A DNA stretch of 64,000 bases from an uncultured bacterium (GTDB lineage Bacteria > Cloacimonadota > Cloacimonadia > Cloacimonadales > TCS61). The position numbers were made by a program, and so were the translations under genes. The notes below the pieces were generated by a model. That model saw only the letters and a program-made list of their open reading frames with translations, did no database searches and was not told where the DNA came from. Positions within the stretch are counted from its first letter, which is position 1, and each line of letters starts with the position of its first letter. Positions 1 to 9,612 of the stretch are shown here, one piece after another. The DNA lies in assembly GCA_965370415.1 (NCBI GenBank), contig CBDUTJ010000006.1:28496-92495 (forward strand), in the 5' to 3' direction.

Positions 1-1
1 T

Positions 2-460
2 TTCAATCGTATAGAAAACGATAACATCTCCAAACAGGCAGTTGAACTCAGTTTTAAGCATTACTTCGGAATTTCTGGTAATCTGGTGGTGGCTGCAGGT
101 ACAAATGCAAATGTAATAGAAAATAAAGCTCTTACCGCCTTTGAAGTGTTCGAACTGGGCGGTAGCCGGAATCTGCGTGGGTTCAACGAAAATCAGTTCT
201 CCGGTTACAGGATTCTCTGGTCGAACCTGGAATTGCGCTACCTGTTATCAAGAAATTCCAGAGTATTTTTATTCTCAGATTACGGTTACGTTCACAACGA
301 TGAATATACTTTTAATAAATTATTCGGTTTTGGTTTCGGTTTACGATTTGAAACCCGTTTGGGTATTTTGAGACTCGATTATGGTTTCAGTTATTTTGAG
401 GATGAACTTAGAAATCCACTTGACGGAATTATTCACTTTGGATTAGAAACGAAGTTGTGA
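2..460 (+). CDS. Omp85/BamA-family outer-membrane protein, C-terminal beta-barrel portion (5' end outside window)
   Basis: Frame is open from nt 2, with no stop before the listed ATG at 86. Alternating-hydrophobic strands and LELRY..FGFGFGLRFETRLGILRLDYGF resemble D15/Omp85 barrels. Confidence 0.65.
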   Translation, partial: FNRIENDNISKQAVELSFKHYFGISGNLVVAAGTNANVIENKALTAFEVFELGGSRNLRGFNENQFSGYRILWSNLELRYLLSRNSRVFLFSDYGYVHNDEYTFNKLFGFGFGLRFETRLGILRLDYGFSYFEDELRNPLDGIIHFGLETKL

Positions 461-466
461 GAAAAG

Positions 467-494
467 TGGTTCTGGGTTCCGGGTTCTGGGTTCA
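467..494. repeat. 4 x 7-bp tandem repeat TGGTTCT GGGTTCC GGGTTCT GGGTTCA
   Basis: Read directly, just after the Omp85-like stop codon. Confidence 0.85.
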
Positions 495-514
495 CTTGAA
501 AAAAGTTTTGAAAC

Positions 515-546
515 TTGACACAAGTCGAATGATCTTGTGTTATACT
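515..546 (+). promoter_or_regulatory. Candidate promoter TTGACA-N20-TATACT containing the 7-bp inverted repeat ACACAAG/CTTGTGT
   Basis: Hexamers at 515-520 and 541-546. The 20-nt spacer is longer than optimal, and the hairpin (518-540) could equally end the upstream gene. Confidence 0.25.
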
Positions 547-565
547 GAAGTGTATGTTTTTCAAG

Positions 566-640
566 TTTGGAATTTGTAATTTATTTTGCTATTTGGAATT
601 TGAGATTTGGAATTTATTTGTTATTTTTTATTTGAAATTT
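566..640 (+). repeat. Four direct copies of TTTG(G/A)AATTT in the leader of the NYN-CSD gene
   Basis: Copies start at 566, 592, 606 and 631, between the candidate promoter and the AAGGAGG RBS at about 652. Confidence 0.7.
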
Positions 641-662
641 GATATTTTAATAAGGAGGTTCT

Positions 663-1478
663 ATGGACAAAAAAGGAGAATTAAAAGTTGGAGTTTACGT
701 TGATGTATCCAACATTGCTCAAAATGGTGGATTTGGAATGCAATATGATGTTCTGCGCGAATTTGCCTGTCGTAATAATGGCGTTGCTATCAGGTTAAAT
801 GCATATGTAGCTTTTGATGAGGAACGTTCAAAAACACAACCCGAGTATAAGATCAAATCAGAGAATTTCCATTCCATGTTACGTGATTTTGGTTTTAAAG
901 TGATCGTAAAGATAGTTCGGTGGTTCGTAGATGAACATGGTGTTCGTTATGGAAAATCAAACGCCGATCTGGATATGGCTGTTGATACTTTAATGCAATC
1001 TGAGAGACTGGATTACGTTCTGCTGGTTAGTGGTGATGGTGATTTCATTCAGGTTGTACGCGCGCTGCAGAATAAAGGCTGTCGGGTAGAAGTGCTGGCT
1101 TTTAAAAATGTGGCTCACAACTTAAAGAACGAAGCAGATGTTTTTACTTCCGGTTATCTTGTACCCAGACTTCTTCCCATAGAAATGCACGACCCAAATA
1201 ATGGTAAACAGATAGTAAGAGGTATTTGTTACTCCTTTTTTCCTGATAAAGGTTTTGGTTTTATGCGCTTTATGAAAGAGCTAAGTGGTGGTTTGTGGAT
1301 CACCGATTCCCGTAAAAGCGAATCACCCTACGAAACTGCCTTTGTGCACAATACACAATTTCCTGATAAAGTAGACCAATCTAAACTTCCAAACCGTGAA
1401 ATGATATTTGAATTTGAACTGAAGGAAGTAAAGGAAAAAGGTCTGCAGGCAGAAAATATAAAACTTCTGGAATCCTGA
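663..1478 (+). CDS. NYN (LabA-like) nuclease-domain protein fused to a C-terminal cold-shock-like domain
   Basis: Strong RBS TAAGGAGG. N-terminal VYVDVSN...ADLDMAVD...LVSGDGDFIQVVRALQNKGCRVEV matches the NYN/PIN-like pattern. C-terminal GICYSFFPDKGFGFMRF resembles the RNP1 region of cold-shock domains. Confidence 0.7.
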   Translation: MDKKGELKVGVYVDVSNIAQNGGFGMQYDVLREFACRNNGVAIRLNAYVAFDEERSKTQPEYKIKSENFHSMLRDFGFKVIVKIVRWFVDEHGVRYGKSNADLDMAVDTLMQSERLDYVLLVSGDGDFIQVVRALQNKGCRVEVLAFKNVAHNLKNEADVFTSGYLVPRLLPIEMHDPNNGKQIVRGICYSFFPDKGFGFMRFMKELSGGLWITDSRKSESPYETAFVHNTQFPDKVDQSKLPNREMIFEFELKEVKEKGLQAENIKLLES

Positions 1479-1491
1479 TAAGGATCAATTT

Positions 1492-2397
1492 GTGAATAAT
1501 AAATTTGCTGTTATAGACGTGGGAACGAACAATGTTCTGTTTCTTATTGCCAGGAAAAATAACAACAAGTTGGATATCCTGCATCGTGATTCTAATATCT
1601 CAGCTTTCGGTAAGAAAATGCAAGATGGATATCTTAACACAACAGCAATTAATAAAACAAAAAGAATACTATCTGATAATATTAATTATGCCAGATTATT
1701 TACAGAAAACATTATAGTGGTAGGAACCAGTTGCTCGCGGGATGCAAAAAACATTGATATTATAGAGCAATGGCTGAAAAAAAAATTCGGTTTGAAATAC
1801 AATATCATTAGTGGTGAAAAAGAAGCCCAACTGAACGGGCTGGCCAATATTACAGAATTCAGGGAATTTAACAATATAGTTATGTTCGATGTGGGTGGCG
1901 GCAGTACGGAATTTACCTATTTTCATAATGGAAAGATGATTTATAATCAAAGCTTGAACCTGGGCATTAGAAGACTACATAATTCCAAAGATACAAATTA
2001 TTCAGAAAGATTAAGAAACACACAAAAGGCATTGAATGATCTTGTTCTACCAGATTTTAAAGAATTTAAAATGATCGGGATCGGGGGAACAGTTACCAGT
2101 TTGAGTGCAGCCAAATTCGGCTTGCAAAAATATGATGCCGATGTAGTTCATAAAAGCATTCTTCATAATTCCGAGATCAAAGAAATGTTAGATCTTTTCC
2201 AGCGTATGAGCAATAATCAAATTGCACAATTAATGCCTTTCGACCGCTACCGGGCAGATATCATCACCACCGGAACCATGATCGTAAAAGAGATCATGGA
2301 TTTCTATGGAAAAGATGAGATGATAGTAAGTGATAGGGGACTGCAATTCGGCATTCTGTTACAGGAAGAAAAAGATTTGAGGGAAATGCTTTCCTGA
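1492..2397 (+). CDS. Ppx/GppA-family phosphatase (exopolyphosphatase-like)
   Basis: GTG start. Motifs AVIDVGTNNV, VGTSCSRDAKN, ISGEKEAQL and FDVGGGSTEF are typical of ASKHA-fold Ppx/GppA proteins. Confidence 0.8.
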   Translation: MNNKFAVIDVGTNNVLFLIARKNNNKLDILHRDSNISAFGKKMQDGYLNTTAINKTKRILSDNINYARLFTENIIVVGTSCSRDAKNIDIIEQWLKKKFGLKYNIISGEKEAQLNGLANITEFREFNNIVMFDVGGGSTEFTYFHNGKMIYNQSLNLGIRRLHNSKDTNYSERLRNTQKALNDLVLPDFKEFKMIGIGGTVTSLSAAKFGLQKYDADVVHKSILHNSEIKEMLDLFQRMSNNQIAQLMPFDRYRADIITTGTMIVKEIMDFYGKDEMIVSDRGLQFGILLQEEKDLREMLS

Positions 2398-2410
2398 TGG
2401 GATTATCAAA

Positions 2411-3226
2411 ATGGAAAATATATTAAAAAAACTCAAACATCAAAATGGCGAACCGGTTGAAATTAAAATAAAAGGAAAGATAATCAGCAGAGATCATTTT
2501 ACCTTTATTGCCGGACCCTGCACAATAGAAAATTATGATGATCTGCTGAAAATTGTTAAGCATCTTCAGAAAATGGGAATTAATTTCTTCCGGGGCGGTG
2601 CTTACAAAATGCGTACTTCACCTTATAATTTTAAAGGGCTGGGAAAGACCGGACTGGAATTTATAAAAAAAGTTGCGCACGAAACCGGTATGATATCTGT
2701 TTCTGAAATAGTCGCTGAAGAAGACGTAGATGAAATGAGTGAATACGTGGACATTTTGCAGGTGGGAACGCGTAACATGCACAATTATCGGCTGCTCTGG
2801 AAACTGGGAAAAGTGAACAACCCCATCATTTTAAAGCGTGGTATGAGCAGCACTATCGAAGAATGGCTGCTGGCAGCAGAACATGTCATCGAAGCTGGAA
2901 ATCCGAAAGTAATATTATGTGAGCGCGGCATCCGCACTTTTGAAAATTTTACACGTCATACACTGGATATTTCTGCTATTCCCGCTGTGAAAAGCTTGAG
3001 CAACCTGCCCGTCATCGTCGATCCATCCCACAGTTCGGGACGTCGTGAAATGATAAAATCACTAAGTTGGGCTGCCATGGCTGCGGGCGCAGATGGACTT
3101 CTCATCGAGACGCATTTCTCACCGGATAGTACAGTGTGCGATAGCGAGCAGACAATAGATTTTGAGATCTTAGCGAAAATATTGGAGAAAAAAGAAGAAC
3201 TGCTTGGATTGTGGGGAAAAAAGTAG
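2411..3226 (+). CDS. 3-deoxy-7-phosphoheptulonate (DAHP) synthase, class I-beta type
   Basis: Motifs IAGPCTIE, FRGGAYKMRTSPY.FKGLG, LQVGTRNM, LKRG, CERGIRTF and DPSHSSGRR. Confidence 0.85.
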   Translation: MENILKKLKHQNGEPVEIKIKGKIISRDHFTFIAGPCTIENYDDLLKIVKHLQKMGINFFRGGAYKMRTSPYNFKGLGKTGLEFIKKVAHETGMISVSEIVAEEDVDEMSEYVDILQVGTRNMHNYRLLWKLGKVNNPIILKRGMSSTIEEWLLAAEHVIEAGNPKVILCERGIRTFENFTRHTLDISAIPAVKSLSNLPVIVDPSHSSGRREMIKSLSWAAMAAGADGLLIETHFSPDSTVCDSEQTIDFEILAKILEKKEELLGLWGKK

Positions 3227-3302
3227 GATTTTCATTTCGACTCGAAAGTGAAGCGTCGAGTCGAGAAATGATAACATATCTTTTCTTCTCAAGTCGTCGT
3301 AC
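3227..3302. repeat. ~75-bp intergenic repeat, copy 1 (GATTTTCATTTCGACTCGAAAGTGAAGCGTCGAGTCGAGAAATGATAACA...TTCTTCTCAAGTCGTCGTAC) with internal hairpin 3237-3264
   Basis: Aligns by eye with 6912-6988, with about 8 mismatches. The TCGACTCG/CGAGTCGA stem was read directly. Confidence 0.8.
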
Positions 3303-3332
3303 CTGTGAACCAACTATTTGATACAAAAAATC

Positions 3333-4190
3333 TTACAATAAAATCGAAATATCAGATTTAACAATATTGTTTTTTAATTTATAATAATACGGTTTAGATT
3401 CTAAAAAATCATACAAAGTATTTCTATCATTTTTATAATCATTTTTTGCACCAATAATAATTTCTTCAAAAGGATGTTCTATCTCTTCATCATGTAAACT
3501 TAATGAAATATAAGGAACACTTTTTTTATCTTTTATTTTCGTTTCAATAATTCGTTTCGCATATTCTTTCTCAACAAAAAATGTAAATCTATATTCTTTT
3601 TCATTATACCAATCATTCTCATTCTTGAAAAATATTGAATAAAAATATAAAAAAGTTCGAGTTGCATCTGTATTATAATTATGATCTTCTTGATTGGGTG
3701 TATGATGAAATATATAAGCTTTGATGTTTTTATCAATAATGTCTTGCTTTATTGATTCGGAATAAATAATTTCACCATCATCAAAAAACATTTTTAAATT
3801 GCCATTTTCTTCAATTATTTCATAATTATTTAAGATTTTTCTAAGTTTTTCAATATTGAATCCAATATTGTAACCATCATATTTATATTTTGGATAGTTT
3901 GTCCATAATGCCTGAGAGTTTTTATCAGAAGATGTAGAAAAAACAAATACATCATAATAACCTTTTATTCTCTCGAATTCATTCAAAACATTCTTTACAG
4001 TATTTTTGGATATGAGATTTCTCTTTTTATATGACTCTAGATAATAATTTAAATATTTCAACTCATAGGGGTCATTCATATTATCTATATTTGTTAAATG
4101 TAAACTACGACTTTCTAATATGCCAAATAATCCATCCTTATGTGTATAATGATATATTATTCCATCATTTTTTCTTTTTATTGCACTCAT
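3333..4190 (-). CDS. DUF2971-like protein, function unknown
   Basis: N-terminal IYHYT..GL.GIL.S..L....I..MNDP.E pattern recalled from the DUF2971 family. Very AT-rich gene. Confidence 0.55.
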   Translation of the reverse strand: MSAIKRKNDGIIYHYTHKDGLFGILESRSLHLTNIDNMNDPYELKYLNYYLESYKKRNLISKNTVKNVLNEFERIKGYYDVFVFSTSSDKNSQALWTNYPKYKYDGYNIGFNIEKLRKILNNYEIIEENGNLKMFFDDGEIIYSESIKQDIIDKNIKAYIFHHTPNQEDHNYNTDATRTFLYFYSIFFKNENDWYNEKEYRFTFFVEKEYAKRIIETKIKDKKSVPYISLSLHDEEIEHPFEEIIIGAKNDYKNDRNTLYDFLESKPYYYKLKNNIVKSDISILL

Positions 4191-4302
4191 TTAACCCCAT
4201 TATTGTTTCAATGATTTAGCTTTTTCAAATAAGTTGTACCTATAAAATTATAATAATACTAATTAGAGAATACTATGAATGGTTAGATTTTTTAGTTGCA
4301 TC

Positions 4303-4545
4303 TCACACTTTCTTAATAGTTGGTTTAGAAGCTTTTATTTTACCCTTCTCAGCTAGTTTTGATTCCATTGCGTCTATAAGCTTTTTATCTCTATAAAGAA
4401 GTATTTCTTTCTTTAAATCAAATACATGTCCACATTCTGTACAAGTAAACTTGCTATTTGAAAGATCCCGTTCTTTCATATTTACTTTAAATAGTTTATT
4501 GCAATTGGGACATCTTTCATCTTGTGTAATTGAACTTTTGCTCAT
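4303..4545 (-). CDS. Small zinc-ribbon protein (CPNC...CTEC)
   Basis: Two CxxC pairs. AAGGAGA RBS is spaced for the third-codon ATG (4545) rather than the listed start at 4551. Confidence 0.5.
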   Translation of the reverse strand: MSKSSITQDERCPNCNKLFKVNMKERDLSNSKFTCTECGHVFDLKKEILLYRDKKLIDAMESKLAEKGKIKASKPTIKKV

Positions 4546-4588
4546 ATTCATCTCCTTTTAACATATACATAATAAGACAATATTTTTT

Positions 4589-6607
4589 TTATGGTAAAGT
4601 ATTTCCATCTGAGTCCGTCTTAATTAACCAGACATCACTTCCACCATTCCCGAAAGAGTATGTATAACCTGTAATGATATATCCACCATCTGTTGTCTGT
4701 TGAACGGAAGAACCCGAATCAGTCTCATTTCCACCGAATGTTTGATTCCACACTTCATTCCCATTTGAATCAGTCTTGATTAACCAGATATCAAAAGAGC
4801 CATTTCCGAAAGAGTGTGTATAACCTGTAATAATATATCCACCATCTATTGTCTGTTGAACGGAATTACCAACATCACCACTAGTCCCACCAAATGTCTG
4901 ATTCCATTCTTCATTTCCATTTGAATCAGTCTTGATTAACAAAATATCTCCACTACTTCCGTAAAACGATATAACACCTATAATGATATAACCACCATCT
5001 ATTGTCTGTTGAACGGAATTACAAAAATCACTATCACTTCCACCAAAGGTCTGATTCCATTCTTCATTTCCATTTGAATCAGTCTTGATTAGAAAGAAAT
5101 CATGAATACCATTACCGAAAGAGCTTGTATAGCCAGTAATGATATATCCATCATCTGTTGTCTGTTGAACGGAATTACCAACATCTACACCAGTTCCACC
5201 ATGTGTTTGATTCCATTCTTCATTTCCATTTAAATCAGTCTTAATTAACCAGACATCAGAATAACCATTCCCGAAAGAGTATGTTCTCCCTGTAATTATA
5301 TATCCACCATCTATTGTCTGTTGAACGGAATAACCACTATCATCACTACCTCCACCGAATGTTTGATCCCATTCTTCATTTCCGTTTTGATCAAACTTAA
5401 TCAACCAGACATCTTCACCGTTCCCGGAAGAGTATTTATAACCTGTAATGATATATCCACCATCTGTGGTCTGTTGAACGGAATACCCTTTAGCCTCACT
5501 ATTCCAACCAAAATTATGATTCCATTCTTCATTTCCGTTTTGATCAGTTTTTATCAACCAGACATTTTTCTCATCAATCCCGAATGATATATAACCTGTA
5601 ATTATATATCCACCATCTGTGGTTTGATCAACGGAATTTCCTCCATCATTACTACTTCCACCAAATGTTTTCATAAACCAGTCATGTGAATCACCTAATT
5701 GAATATTACTATAAGATTGTAATCCCCATACATCCTCAATAACTACTTGATAATATCTTACTACATTTTCAACAATTCCTGTAACAATATAACTTGTTTC
5801 AGTATTATCGGTGGTTATAAATATTTCAGTTTGATTACTCATATCAGGCAAATCAGATTCATATAGAGTATAGGATTCAAAATCATCATCATCGTTTTGA
5901 GACCAAGAAATATAAAATGAGTTATTGTCATAAATAATTTGATATATTTCAACAGATATAGGATTATCATCTAAAATATAATAACCACTTCCAGTAGTTG
6001 AAAATCCTACTGAATCTGTAACGTTTACCCAATACCACCTCGGTTGTAATGGATTAAAATCAGTAATTACACAAATAGTATCATTTATCTCACTAACTTC
6101 AGTGATCAAAGATTTTTCTCCGTCTTCAGTTTCCGAAATTAATAGTTCATAGAAGTCAAAATCATTGTCTGTGGATTTGTTCCAAATAATTGTCATTTCA
6201 AGTAGAGTATAATCAATTGAAATAATATTGATTGGTTGAGGATATGATCCAGAATTATCAACCATTAAAGTGATTGCATTACTGTCAGTCACATTATTAC
6301 TTTCATCGTATGCTCTAGCTCTTAAAGTGTGATATGATCCATTTTCCAAAGTTGTGGTATCCCAAATTAAAATATACGGCTCAATTTCATCTATTATATT
6401 TGTTGCTTCTCCATTAACCCATAATTCAATTTTTTTTATTCCTATATTATCTGAGGCAATACAATTAATAATTACGATTTCGAAAGCTATTGAACCAGTT
6501 TGAGGATTAGTAATTGTAACTGTAGGTGGAATTGTATCCGGACTGGTTTGTTTTTCACATGATATTATAAATATAAAAACAATAATAAAGAAAATAAAAT
6601 GTTTCAT
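4589..6607 (-). CDS. Surface lipoprotein: Ig-like domain + two FN3-like modules + seven ~52-aa tandem repeats (beta-propeller-like)
   Basis: Start moved to MKHFIFF... (6607), which has an AGGAGGA RBS and the lipobox IISC. Seven units of [40 protein letters not shown]. Confidence 0.8.
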   Translation of the reverse strand: MKHFIFFIIVFIFIISCEKQTSPDTIPPTVTITNPQTGSIAFEIVIINCIASDNIGIKKIELWVNGEATNIIDEIEPYILIWDTTTLENGSYHTLRARAYDESNNVTDSNAITLMVDNSGSYPQPINIISIDYTLLEMTIIWNKSTDNDFDFYELLISETEDGEKSLITEVSEINDTICVITDFNPLQPRWYWVNVTDSVGFSTTGSGYYILDDNPISVEIYQIIYDNNSFYISWSQNDDDDFESYTLYESDLPDMSNQTEIFITTDNTETSYIVTGIVENVVRYYQVVIEDVWGLQSYSNIQLGDSHDWFMKTFGGSSNDGGNSVDQTTDGGYIITGYISFGIDEKNVWLIKTDQNGNEEWNHNFGWNSEAKGYSVQQTTDGGYIITGYKYSSGNGEDVWLIKFDQNGNEEWDQTFGGGSDDSGYSVQQTIDGGYIITGRTYSFGNGYSDVWLIKTDLNGNEEWNQTHGGTGVDVGNSVQQTTDDGYIITGYTSSFGNGIHDFFLIKTDSNGNEEWNQTFGGSDSDFCNSVQQTIDGGYIIIGVISFYGSSGDILLIKTDSNGNEEWNQTFGGTSGDVGNSVQQTIDGGYIITGYTHSFGNGSFDIWLIKTDSNGNEVWNQTFGGNETDSGSSVQQTTDGGYIITGYTYSFGNGGSDVWLIKTDSDGNTLP
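4592..5665 (-). repeat. Seven in-frame tandem coding repeats of ~153-156 bp
   Basis: For example, CCACCATCTATTGTCTGTTGAACGGAAT recurs at 4839 and 4992, which is 153 bp apart. Units counted from the translation are 51, 51, 52, 52, 51, 52 and 49 aa. Confidence 0.85.
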
Positions 6608-6805
6608 AAATCCTCCTTTTCGTTTAATGATGTATCCTTTATTATAAAATTCCATCATCGAATTTACCAGTATATTTTACTTTTTTCAATATCACATTTT
6701 GCCTTGAAATTTACTTGAGTGAAAATGAGAAAATCAAAGCTAAGTGTCAAATAGAAAATAATTAAATGTTGTGAAATAAAGGAGAGAGGTATAAAAACTG
6801 AATAC

Positions 6806-6905
6806 CGTTCCCAAAGATGGCTTTGGGAACGAGTACTGAGGTTATTTCTTCTCGAGTCGTCGTGCATGATATTAATCACCGTTCCCAAAAAGAGCTTTGG
6901 AAACG
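6806..6905. repeat. Two REP-like hairpins of the GTTCCCAA..TTGGGAAC family (6806-6832, 6880-6905) plus a partial copy of the 75-bp repeat tail (6846-6865)
   Basis: CGTTCCCAAAGATGGCTTTGGGAACG and CGTTCCCAAAAAGAGCTTTGGAAACG were read directly. Confidence 0.8.
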
Positions 6906-6911
6906 AGGTCA

Positions 6912-6997
6912 GATTTTCATTTCGACTCGAAAGTGAAGCGTTGAGTCGAGTAATGATAACAAACTCTCTTCTCGAGTCGTCGTGCTTTACGACTCGA
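6912..6997. repeat. ~75-bp intergenic repeat, copy 2, plus a second hairpin TCGAGTCGT-N8-ACGACTCGA (6972-6997) abutting the psuG stop
   Basis: Aligns with 3227-3302 in the same orientation. Confidence 0.8.
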
Positions 6998-7002
6998 AAA
7001 TC

Positions 7003-7905
7003 TTACAGTTCCTTTGCAATCTCACAAGCCAGCTGTACATTATTCTCAACCAATTTGATATTTGCTTGCAGTGATCTACCTTCGGTTATCTTTACAATTT
7101 CCGATAATAAAAAAGGTGTGAGTTCCCTACCTGTGATGTTGTTTTTTTTCGCTTTCTTCAAAGCCAGATTAATATATTCTTCCATTTCAGCAAAAGGAAT
7201 TTCATACTTTTCAGGAATCGGATTGGCAATTAGTATTCCGTTATTCAAACCAAATTCGATATTGGTTTTATAAATATCTGCGATCTGCCGGGGCGTATCT
7301 ATTTTATCTACTTTCAAGTTACTCTGGTAAGAATAAAAAGCGGGAAATCTGTCAGTTTTATATCCGTAAACCGGCACACCCATTGTTTCCATGTATTCCA
7401 GCGTTTTGGGTAAATCCAGAATAGCTTTGGCTCCTGCTGAAACCACTATCACCGGAACCCGTGATAGTTCTATCAGGTCGTTGGAAATATCAAAAGTATC
7501 TTCTGCATTCCTGTGTACACCACCGATTCCACCAGTGGCAAAAACCTTTATCCCTGCCCGGTTGGCTGCTATCATGGTGGCAGCCACGGTGGTAGCTCCC
7601 ACGTTCTTCGCATATATGATCCTGCCAATATCACGGCGTGATACTTTAGCTACATCGTTCGCTTTTGCCAGGATTTTCAGATCATCATTTTCTAACCCGA
7701 TCTTTACTTTCCCATCAATCAGGCAGATGGTAGCAGGAATCACACCCATCTCGCGGGCAATTGCTTCCAATCTGCCAGCAACTTCCATGTTTTGCGGATA
7801 TGGCATTCCATGCGAAATGATAGTAGATTCCAGTGCAATTACCAGTTGTTTATTTTTTAAAGCTACTTTTACATCTTTACTGAATTGCAGGTATTTTTTC
7901 ATCAA
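7003..7905 (-). CDS. psuG: Pseudouridine-5'-phosphate glycosidase
   Basis: [26 protein letters not shown] and [11 protein letters not shown] match the IndA/PsuG family pattern. Confidence 0.85.
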   Translation of the reverse strand: MMKKYLQFSKDVKVALKNKQLVIALESTIISHGMPYPQNMEVAGRLEAIAREMGVIPATICLIDGKVKIGLENDDLKILAKANDVAKVSRRDIGRIIYAKNVGATTVAATMIAANRAGIKVFATGGIGGVHRNAEDTFDISNDLIELSRVPVIVVSAGAKAILDLPKTLEYMETMGVPVYGYKTDRFPAFYSYQSNLKVDKIDTPRQIADIYKTNIEFGLNNGILIANPIPEKYEIPFAEMEEYINLALKKAKKNNITGRELTPFLLSEIVKITEGRSLQANIKLVENNVQLACEIAKEL

Positions 7906-8366
7906 TTGGTTCCCAGCACTTCCACCCGCATCTTTTTTACACCATGCGCAATAAGCCCGATCTCCTGGGCTGCTGCATAAGAAAGATCCAGATCTCGCCC
8001 TTCAATAAAAGGTCCGCGGTCATTAACCCGCACCACAACACTTTTTCCGTTATCTTCGTTAATAACCTTAAGCCGTGTTCCAAATGGCAGTGATTTATGG
8101 GCGCAGGTTAATTTATACATATCGAAGATCTCACCATTGGAGGTTTGCCTGCCGTGAAATTTCTTTCCGTAATAGGAGCAAACAAAATAGTAAATCTGTC
8201 CTTTTTTTACTTCTTTCACTTGAGTTTCTATTTGTGTGTTTCCAAATTTATTATGTAATTTCTTCCTGGAAACGCCCTTTGTTTCATACAAGTTTCCACT
8301 GGAACATCCAATTATTACAAGCATCAACAAAAATGGAGTAAAATATTTCAAAACAACCTCCGGCAT
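7902..8366 (-). CDS. rlpA: RlpA-family lipoprotein (DPBB domain)
   Basis: Lipobox IIGCSS. YYG..FHGR.T.NGE.FD....[27 protein letters not shown]. 4-nt overlap with psuG. Confidence 0.8.
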   Translation of the reverse strand: MPEVVLKYFTPFLLMLVIIGCSSGNLYETKGVSRKKLHNKFGNTQIETQVKEVKKGQIYYFVCSYYGKKFHGRQTSNGEIFDMYKLTCAHKSLPFGTRLKVINEDNGKSVVVRVNDRGPFIEGRDLDLSYAAAQEIGLIAHGVKKMRVEVLGTN

Positions 8367-8379
8367 TTAATACACTTCC

Positions 8380-8407
8380 ACAAAATTGCTTCTAATCACA
8401 ATTTTGT
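8380..8407. promoter_or_regulatory. 9-bp inverted repeat ACAAAATTG-N10-CAATTTTGT in a divergent promoter region
   Basis: Read directly between rlpA (minus) and the M20 peptidase gene (plus). A TTGACA lies at about 8424. Confidence 0.3.
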
Positions 8408-8478
8408 CTATCAATTTTTCCTGTTGACAGAATAAGCTTTAAAAACATCTTTAATAAAAATTTATTAAAGGATAATTA

Positions 8479-9600
8479 ATGGATAACACAATAATCGAAT
8501 ATTTTTTGAGTTTAATTAAAATCGATAGTGAATCAAAAAACGAAAAAGCAGTTGCTGAAAAACTGGAAAAGGACTTGAAAGAATTAGGAGCGGAAGCACT
8601 ATTCGACAAAGCCCATCAAAAAACCGATGGTAACGTGGGAAACCTTTATGCCTTCATTCCTGGCAGCATCGATAAATCTCCCATTCTTTTCTGTGCACAC
8701 ATGGATACGGTAAAACCCGGAAACGGTATTAAACCTCAGATTAAAGATGGTGTGATCACTTCAGATGGAACTACCATCCTGGGAGCCGACGATAAATCCG
8801 GCATTGCAGAAATAATCTGGGCGATCAAAGAACTCAAAGAATCCGGTGAGAAGCACGCTCCAGTGGAAATCCTCTTTACGATCTCTGAAGAGATCGGACT
8901 GCTGGGTGCAAAATATCTCGATTATTCCATGATAAAATCAAAAACAGGTTATGCACTTGACAGCCACCAGGTTGGTCGTCTTTGTATAGGCGCTCCTTCA
9001 CAGAACAGCATAAAAATTGTAGTTCACGGCAAGGAATCTCATGCTGGTGCGACACCCGAGAAGGGGATCAATGCTATTCGCGTAGCTTCCGAAGCGATCT
9101 CAATCATGCCCCAGGGCAGGATAGACAGCGAAACCACCTGTAATGTTGGAATTATCAAGGGTGGTAAAGCTACCAATATCGTCCCAAATGAAGTGATCAT
9201 TGAAGCAGAAGCACGCAGTCATAATGAAGATAAATTGGAAAAAGTTACCGATGAAATGTGCCAAGCTTTCAGAGATGCAGTTAAAAAATTCCAGGTGGGA
9301 GAATACAAAGCCAAAGTTGAAATTAAAGTCGAGGAAGAATACCAGGCTTTCCGTCTAAATGAAAACGTTGAAGTAGTCGTTTTAGCCAAAGACGCAGCAA
9401 AAAAATCTGGTATTGAATTCAAAACAGAGATCGGCGGTGGCGGCAGCGATGTAAATATTTTCAACCAGCATGGTTTGCAGATGGCAGTTGCCGGTACAGG
9501 CATGGAAAAAGTACACACGGTGGATGAATGCATCAAGACATCTGAACTGGAAATTGGTGCTAAATGGATGTTGGAAATCATCCGTGAATATTCAAAATAA
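8479..9600 (+). CDS. M20-family metallopeptidase/deacylase (peptidase T-like)
   Basis: CAHMDTV, GADDKSGIA and SEEIGLLGA metal-ligand motifs. Sits directly upstream of dapB-dapF. Confidence 0.7.
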   Translation: MDNTIIEYFLSLIKIDSESKNEKAVAEKLEKDLKELGAEALFDKAHQKTDGNVGNLYAFIPGSIDKSPILFCAHMDTVKPGNGIKPQIKDGVITSDGTTILGADDKSGIAEIIWAIKELKESGEKHAPVEILFTISEEIGLLGAKYLDYSMIKSKTGYALDSHQVGRLCIGAPSQNSIKIVVHGKESHAGATPEKGINAIRVASEAISIMPQGRIDSETTCNVGIIKGGKATNIVPNEVIIEAEARSHNEDKLEKVTDEMCQAFRDAVKKFQVGEYKAKVEIKVEEEYQAFRLNENVEVVVLAKDAAKKSGIEFKTEIGGGGSDVNIFNQHGLQMAVAGTGMEKVHTVDECIKTSELEIGAKWMLEIIREYSK

Positions 9601-9612
9601 CAAGGAAGTATA

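Noticed and set aside
3227-6997. Interpreting the AT-rich islet as a prophage or integrative element
   Set aside because: No integrase, recombinase, tRNA attachment site or phage structural gene is present. Only repeat-bounded cargo is seen, so it is reported as a repeat-flanked cassette.
6664-7273. Track ORFs 6664-6888 (74 aa, minus) and 6866-7273 (135 aa, plus)
   Set aside because: They run through the REP and direct-repeat cluster and antisense into psuG. They have no RBS and low-complexity translations, and the hairpin sequences explain the open frames.
7391-7954. Long antisense ORFs opposite confident genes. Examples: 7391-7954, 9219-9773, 23909-24508, 35725-36168, 40645-41073, 43486-43884, 47761-48324, 49025-49435 and 60978-61493
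   Set aside because: Each lies entirely within a well-supported gene on the other strand. They lack RBSs and have skewed, low-complexity composition, so they are shadow frames.
8367-8478. Lysine riboswitch ahead of the M20-dapB-dapF cluster
   Set aside because: The spacer is only ~110 nt and AT-rich, too short for the multi-helix L-box. Only one simple 9-bp inverted repeat is present.
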